Shown in pieces: positions 24,245 to 29,397 of a stretch of DNA of 29,397 nucleotides. The position numbers and the translations under genes are program-made. Numbering within the stretch: position 1 is the first letter of the stretch; each line of letters begins with the position of its first letter. The notes under the pieces are model-generated. The model did not search any database. It was not told where the DNA came from and was given only the letters and a program-made list of their open reading frames with translations. Source of the stretch: an uncultured archaeon. Its GTDB lineage: Archaea > Thermoplasmatota > Penumbrarchaeia > JASLWR01. Where the stretch lies: NCBI GenBank assembly GCA_964342815.1, contig CAYFHS010000045.1, forward strand, positions 1-29,397. Direction: 5' to 3'.

Positions 24245-24439
24245 ATGATCGAGACCGATGAAGCCGAGTGCAAATATTGTGGGGGAGTTCTCGAACTTGC
24301 TAGAGCGGTTCAATTGAACCCGGTGACCGAAGAATTCGAATACACCTGTGCCAATTGTGCCCTTGCATGGGAAAGAAAGGGCAAAGACTCTAAGCACACT
24401 CACCCTACGGAACATCATTGGGATGAGAATCATCTCTGA
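24245..24439 (+). CDS. Small Zn-ribbon protein with His-rich tail
   Basis: CKYC-x22-CANC, then KHTHPTEHHWDENHL. Start at ATG 24245 or 24230. Confidence 0.6.
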   Translation: MIETDEAECKYCGGVLELARAVQLNPVTEEFEYTCANCALAWERKGKDSKHTHPTEHHWDENHL

Positions 24440-24552
24440 ATGACAGGGGGCAGAGCACCAGCAGAACGATAATATGATCCCGAGAAATGTGGACATTCTC
24501 TTTTCCCGGTCGACCTGAAATTAATCCGTATGATTCTGAAGATGCTTCCCAT

Positions 24553-26736
24553 TCATATATCGGCGAAGTGAGATTTCCCAAATGTGACGATATTAAGAAC
24601 TGCCATGGCGATTATCAAAATGCCGTAAATTATTGGGTAGATCATCAATAAAACCTTGAGCCCCCATCCCGAAGCAAGTCCGATGATAGAAAGAATTATG
24701 GTGAACAGAATCATTATCGAGCTTGTTATTATCGTTAATTTTGGAATTTCCCCTATCCTCGCTCCAGCTGATATTATGTTATTGCTAAAATTGAAAAAGA
24801 TTATTGAAAGCAGTACCGGTAGAATGGGGAAGACGGCCAGGTAGATATTCACGGTTTCGTTATAAAGATAATTCATTATCAGGAGAAATAAAAAAATCAT
24901 ACTCGAATAAACAGAGATGTAGGAAAGTTTCATGGATTCTCTCGACAATTTTATTCTATGACGCAAATCATCATCTGCATTAGTAAAATTTTCAAGTTTG
25001 GAGATTCCCTTTAAGCTTATGTAGCGCCCGATCTCAAAGCTAATAAGGAATGTAATCAATCCAAGAAAACTGCATAAAAATACTCCTATGAACTCGTGGG
25101 GGTCCCAGAAGAACAGCACCTTGGCATCCGGATCATAGTTCATCGAGAATCTAATTGCCACGATTTGATATACGAATATACAAACGACCCCGATAACTGC
25201 CGAAATGTTTCCTGCTTTTAAGAACCATATTCCGTCTCTCCTGGATTCCTTCTTCCTTCGGTCCTTCCTTTTCTTTCTACGAATTTTGGCAACGAATACT
25301 TTGATCCAGATCGCCAACGCAACAAGCATGGCAAGACCGATTCCGCCGATGAGAAACGCCTTCAAGTACAGATAATCGTCAAATCCCCAGATCCGGGTCG
25401 GGGTTTTCCCACCTTCCGGATAGGATATGGGTTCCGTATCGTTTGTATCCGTCCCGTCCGGCGAACTATTATTAGTAATCAACCAGGCCTTGACGCCAGT
25501 ACCCCATGAACAGGCTGCAGCGTCCAATCTCCCGTTGCCGTCCCAATCCCCGAAATTTGCCCCGTACGGTTCGCCCCCCATGGTCAGAGGAGACTCTTTG
25601 AACAATGGATCGTCGGAATTTTCATCGCCTCTAAATATCCAGGTCCATCCCTTAGGTTGATCGTTGATATACAGGTAGATGTCATCCCCGCCGTTGCTTG
25701 CCGCAATAAGTTCCGGTTTCCCGTCCCCGGTAAGGTCATGAAGTTCCATCTGGTTCCAGGTACCTCCGCTGTCATGAAGACCCATGCTCCCGTCACTCCA
25801 TTGAAAGTCGGTGCCTCCCGGCGACCCGCCGTTATTACCCAACCAGGCCTTTATTCCCTCGTTGCGCGTTCCATAGATAACATCGGAATTACCATCACCA
25901 TCAATATCTGCAATCTTGATCCCGAATGCCTCTCTCCTGACCTCTTTAAAGGAAACTTCGGTCCAGGTTCGGCTCACGCCCTGGACATACATCCGAATGG
26001 TTTCCGAAAAGAAGTATGGACAGCCGACAAGGTCCAGCAGACCGTCATCATTCAGGTCGCCGACGGCTATACCTGTAATCTCGTTTCCAGATCGGGGCGG
26101 GCTCATCTCGGTCCAGACATTCACGGCTCCGCTTCCGTACCAGACCTTCAGGGCATATTCGGTGGAAACTGCGATGTCCAAATATCCATCTCCATCCAGA
26201 TCATATACTTCCGCCTCATTGGCCGATTCATCACAATCTATCATATATTTTAGCGAAAATCCACCGGCACCGTCTCCCATGTATATCTCGATCCCATTCT
26301 CGTCGCCGTCGTACCATTTTGTGATCAGGGGTGCAACCAGATCGACATTCCCATCATTGTCAATGTCCCCGAATGAAAGGGCACCGAAGTGTTTAGCAGA
26401 ATTTTTCCCCGGAAGACCGTGACCGAACTCCTTCCATTCACTAAGCGTGGTGTTATATTCAAAGGCTCTTATTCCCGGTGTTTTCGGTGAAATCCTTCCG
26501 GCTCCCCCGACATAGATCTCATCCAGCCCGTTGCCATCTACGTCATATACCTCAACCGATGAAAATGAAGCTTTTTCGGGAAGTCCCTTTGATATATCGG
26601 TCTTACCGCAGATAAGGAAGGTATGTTCTCCTTCTGCCACAGTATCTGTGGAAAGTACATTCATTGAAAACAGTAATAAAACAAGCGCAATTAAAAACTG
26701 TATTCCAACTCTTCTGTATTGCGTCGTTACAATCAT
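24553..26736 (-). CDS. FG-GAP repeat propeller fused to a polytopic (about 7 TM) membrane domain
   Basis: 727 aa. Signal peptide, then DVDGNGLDE, DIDNDGNVD, DLDGDGYLD, DLNDDGLLD, DIDGDGNSD, DLTGDGKPE, DWDGNGRLD. TM, basic loop RRKKRKDRRKK, then several more hydrophobic helices. Confidence 0.85.
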   Translation of the reverse strand: MIVTTQYRRVGIQFLIALVLLLFSMNVLSTDTVAEGEHTFLICGKTDISKGLPEKASFSSVEVYDVDGNGLDEIYVGGAGRISPKTPGIRAFEYNTTLSEWKEFGHGLPGKNSAKHFGALSFGDIDNDGNVDLVAPLITKWYDGDENGIEIYMGDGAGGFSLKYMIDCDESANEAEVYDLDGDGYLDIAVSTEYALKVWYGSGAVNVWTEMSPPRSGNEITGIAVGDLNDDGLLDLVGCPYFFSETIRMYVQGVSRTWTEVSFKEVRREAFGIKIADIDGDGNSDVIYGTRNEGIKAWLGNNGGSPGGTDFQWSDGSMGLHDSGGTWNQMELHDLTGDGKPELIAASNGGDDIYLYINDQPKGWTWIFRGDENSDDPLFKESPLTMGGEPYGANFGDWDGNGRLDAAACSWGTGVKAWLITNNSSPDGTDTNDTEPISYPEGGKTPTRIWGFDDYLYLKAFLIGGIGLAMLVALAIWIKVFVAKIRRKKRKDRRKKESRRDGIWFLKAGNISAVIGVVCIFVYQIVAIRFSMNYDPDAKVLFFWDPHEFIGVFLCSFLGLITFLISFEIGRYISLKGISKLENFTNADDDLRHRIKLSRESMKLSYISVYSSMIFLFLLIMNYLYNETVNIYLAVFPILPVLLSIIFFNFSNNIISAGARIGEIPKLTIITSSIMILFTIILSIIGLASGWGLKVLLMIYPIIYGILIIAMAVLNIVTFGKSHFADI

Positions 26737-26925
26737 TTTATAGCTTCCTTAACTGTTGGATTGGTTCTTAGAATCCCCGGTTTCTCTCTCGATTTCGATC
26801 GTTCAATTATTTATCCGGTCCTTTTAAGCAAATTGTGTATTCAATTCCTTAACAAAGCTTTCAATCACTCGCTGTCGTGGGTCAGGCCCCAGCCTTCCGA
26901 TGCGTAAAGTATACAATCAGCGATT

Positions 26926-27726
26926 TCATTTTCTACCACCCAGTGTACTTATCATGTGCTTCGTCGGTTTCGGGTAATGATACTTACCCCTGAACTTCTT
27001 CGTATATATTGCTTTTTTCGGACAATGATTGAAGCAAGACCAGCATCCATAACATTTATTCATATCGAATATCGGAAAGGGGGCGAGCTTGACGGCTTTG
27101 TACGGGCATCCCTTCTCGCAAATTCCACACCGGATACAGAGCTTCTCATCCACGAACTTATCGCCCATGTCCTTTCTGGCCTTTGTCCTTTTGAACTTCG
27201 GAATAATATACGAGAGCAGAGGTTTTTTCAATTTCGTGGATTCCATGTTCTCGACGCCCTTACTCAAGGTCCGGTCCAGTTCGGATATCCACCGATCAAA
27301 TGCCTGCATCTCCATTTTGTTGGGGGCCCCTTCGGATCCTTTCCCGCGCTTGATCATGGGCGGATAGTTCTCGGGGGTATGTAGCGAGTAAGCATTGACG
27401 ATCTTGAAACCTTTTGCCGAGACCAACGCCCCAAACACAGGAAGTGTATGGAGGCTCATGAAGCCGTATGTGTTGAAGACAACGGCTGGTTTACCATTCT
27501 GTTTCGGAAGCTTTTCAATGAACTTTTCCATCAGACGAGGGGGGCTGCCGAAATCCGTAAAAGTGGCAAATCCGACTATATCGTACCCTCCAAGGTCACC
27601 TACCTTGTTTTTTATGATATCGACCAATTCAATATCTGCAGACTTTATATTTTTTATGAGGTACTCACAGGCCAGCTTGGTATTCCCAGAACCGGAATAA
27701 TAGAAGATAATTCCTTTCATTTTCAT
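26926..27726 (-). CDS. EFR1-family flavodoxin-ferredoxin fusion
   Basis: N-terminal flavodoxin YYSGSGNT; C-terminal 2x[4Fe-4S] motifs CIRCGICEKGCP and CYGCWSCFNHCP. SD GGAGG. Confidence 0.92.
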   Translation of the reverse strand: MKMKGIIFYYSGSGNTKLACEYLIKNIKSADIELVDIIKNKVGDLGGYDIVGFATFTDFGSPPRLMEKFIEKLPKQNGKPAVVFNTYGFMSLHTLPVFGALVSAKGFKIVNAYSLHTPENYPPMIKRGKGSEGAPNKMEMQAFDRWISELDRTLSKGVENMESTKLKKPLLSYIIPKFKRTKARKDMGDKFVDEKLCIRCGICEKGCPYKAVKLAPFPIFDMNKCYGCWSCFNHCPKKAIYTKKFRGKYHYPKPTKHMISTLGGRK

Positions 27727-27969
27727 CCTTCCTCCGCTAAATTATTCTACTTCCATCGGATAGCTGCACATGTACTCATGGATACCCTGTAATAAACCGT
27801 AATTTAAATAGATTCCCCAAAACCGAAGTAACGAGCTCGTCCCACGGCAAGTGATATGAAAGACATTAATGTGACTTGGAAGAAACCCGATGTGATGATG
27901 TGGGCGAGTCACAAAGATTTGCAAATACTTATATGCCAAAAAGTCCCTTTATCGTAACAGGTGTCTACT

Positions 27970-28392
27970 ATGTTAGTTGAGATGATTATGAGAAGGCATG
28001 TGGTTTCCATCGATCATGACAGTACCGTCCTTAAAGCGTGCATGAAATTTAAACAGTACAAGATCGGCTGTCTGGTGGTGAAAAATGAAAAAAAAAACTG
28101 TGTCGGTATTTTGACAGAACGGGACGTCATAGAAAGAGCCATTTGCGCTCTCAAATACCCTGAAACCACTCTTATAAAGGAAATAATGAGCAGTGACGTG
28201 AAGACGATACACCCTCTGGAAAAGGTTGATGAAGCAATAAGGATTATGAGGGAATTTCATATCAAGAAGCTTCCGGTGATCCAGGGAAAGAGTATCGTGG
28301 GAATAGTAACCATTACCGATATCTCGTATGCAAAACCGGAAATGGCCAAGGAGTTCATGGATACCTATGTCATGCCCCGGTGGGTCGATTGA
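27970..28392 (+). CDS. CBS domain pair protein
   Basis: IGCLVV...VGILTERD...IMSSDVKTI...IKKLPV...VGIVTITD. ATG at 27970 preferred over GTG 27961. Confidence 0.93.
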   Translation: MLVEMIMRRHVVSIDHDSTVLKACMKFKQYKIGCLVVKNEKKNCVGILTERDVIERAICALKYPETTLIKEIMSSDVKTIHPLEKVDEAIRIMREFHIKKLPVIQGKSIVGIVTITDISYAKPEMAKEFMDTYVMPRWVD

Positions 28393-28403
28393 ATAAGCAT
28401 TTT

Positions 28404-29129
28404 TCAGACCGATAAAGCAAGGCGGAGACCTATGAACGGCGCACGTTCACCCGGGAGATTCTGGTCCCTGCATGTTGACGTGCATTTCTCACTTGAACTG
28501 CTCCAGCTCCCCCCGCGGTCCACATGGTAATAACCCTTCTCACGGGTCCAGGCCCTGCCGGATTTTGGCGCACCTTCGTAACTATCGTGCCAGTTATCCT
28601 CGATCCATTCCCATACATTCCCCAGCATGTCATGGAGGCCCCATTTGTTCGGTTTCTTTTTACCCACGTCGTGGGTTCGGGAACCGGAATTCTCACTGAA
28701 CCAAGCGTATTCTGACAACAGTTTCAAGTTATTATTGAAAAAATAATCCCTCGAATCTCCGGCTCGGCATGCATATTCCCATTCGGCTTCGGTGAGAAGG
28801 CGGTATTTATCCGTTTCTTCCAGCATGTTCAGACTATCAATGAAAATCTCGCAGTCCCGCCACGATACCATCTCCACGGGGCGATCATCACCCTTGAATT
28901 TGCTGGGGTTATCGCCCATCATCACTTCCCACTGCCACTGTGTAACGGGAAATACACCGATGAAAACCGGCTTAGCAATGGTCACGGTATGAATTGGCCG
29001 GGAATCCTCCCATCCGTCGGAACCCATGCTGAATTTCCCTGGAGGTATCCTTTTGAAGATCATACCAATGTCGTTTTTAAATTCGATTATCTTGTTTCTC
29101 TTTCTTTCTTCCATAATATAATTCACCAT
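28404..29129 (-). CDS. Formylglycine-generating enzyme (FGE-sulfatase) fold protein, probably non-catalytic
   Basis: IPPGKFSMGS, FPVTQWQW, RPVEMVSW, RLLTEAEWEYACRAG, NKWGLHDMLGNVWEW, RGGSW, IGLRL. It lacks the RGGSxxC-x4-C catalytic pair. Confidence 0.92.
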   Translation of the reverse strand: MVNYIMEERKRNKIIEFKNDIGMIFKRIPPGKFSMGSDGWEDSRPIHTVTIAKPVFIGVFPVTQWQWEVMMGDNPSKFKGDDRPVEMVSWRDCEIFIDSLNMLEETDKYRLLTEAEWEYACRAGDSRDYFFNNNLKLLSEYAWFSENSGSRTHDVGKKKPNKWGLHDMLGNVWEWIEDNWHDSYEGAPKSGRAWTREKGYYHVDRGGSWSSSSEKCTSTCRDQNLPGERAPFIGLRLALSV

Positions 29130-29397
29130 ACGTATTAAAGAAATTTCATCTAATAAGTGAAATAAACAGCTGTGGCAGAAATGAACGATGTTATTTAAAG
29201 AAATCGAATATATTTCAAAGTTGTAAAATCAAAAATTAGAAACTTGATGCTGAATATACATGGGCTTGGCATATTAAAAAAAAAGAAAAGAAACCTTGAA
29301 ATGATTGATTCGAAAATGGACCCACAGTAAGACTCAAGGTTTACGTGTAAAGCCGACCCATTCTGGTTCAACTTTACCAAGAAGTCAGTCCAAATGT

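Noticed and set aside
27869-27913. C-box-like GTGATGA and a weak tgtgact/agtcaca stem in the EFR1-CBS divergent gap (C/D sRNA?)
   Set aside because: No CTGA D box at a suitable distance. The minus-strand 65-aa ORF here also has no support.
29195-29380. 61-aa minus-strand ORF at the window end
   Set aside because: Low-complexity AT-rich sequence containing a poly-T run, with a non-ATG start and no motif.
1-29397. CRISPR array, tRNA/rRNA, IS/transposase, integrase or prophage genes
   Set aside because: No regularly spaced repeats, cloverleafs, terminal inverted repeats with a transposase, or phage motifs were seen.

Overview
Gene-dense 29.4 kb window with no rRNA, tRNA, CRISPR or recognisable transposase. 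The gene style suggests an archaeon, possibly Thermoplasmatota: GGAGG/GAGGT Shine-Dalgarno motifs, many secreted proteins with C-terminal TM anchors, and cytoplasmic Zn-ribbon tails. There is no marker gene, so the taxonomy is inference only. Content from left to right: (1) a 996-aa REC-REC/ATP-grasp protein whose C-terminus looks like a cryptic phospho-His swivel domain; (2) a membrane-anchored rhodanese; (3) a minus-strand surface/export gene run: DUF2178-like + XRE HTH, a secreted SOR-fold-like protein, a 1377-aa FG-GAP/PQQ-like propeller with a coiled-coil/Zn-ribbon/coiled-coil tail, ABC ATPase, ABC-2 permease and a second FG-GAP protein; (4) a 735-aa anchored protein; (5) a translationally coupled pair of a CrtC/AttH-like protein and an RPH/PigC-architecture PEP-utilising enzyme; (6) a six-gene membrane cluster with two YbjQ paralogues, an RHH-like protein and three Zn-ribbon proteins, two of which share a 74-bp segment at 82% identity; (7) a dense hairpin element; (8) a cysK with an in-frame internal deletion; (9) two small Cys-rich proteins, one with desulforedoxin spacing; (10) an FG-GAP protein fused to a polytopic membrane domain; (11) an EFR1-type flavodoxin-ferredoxin, a CBS protein and an FGE-like protein. 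All family assignments come from motif recognition by eye; no searches were run.
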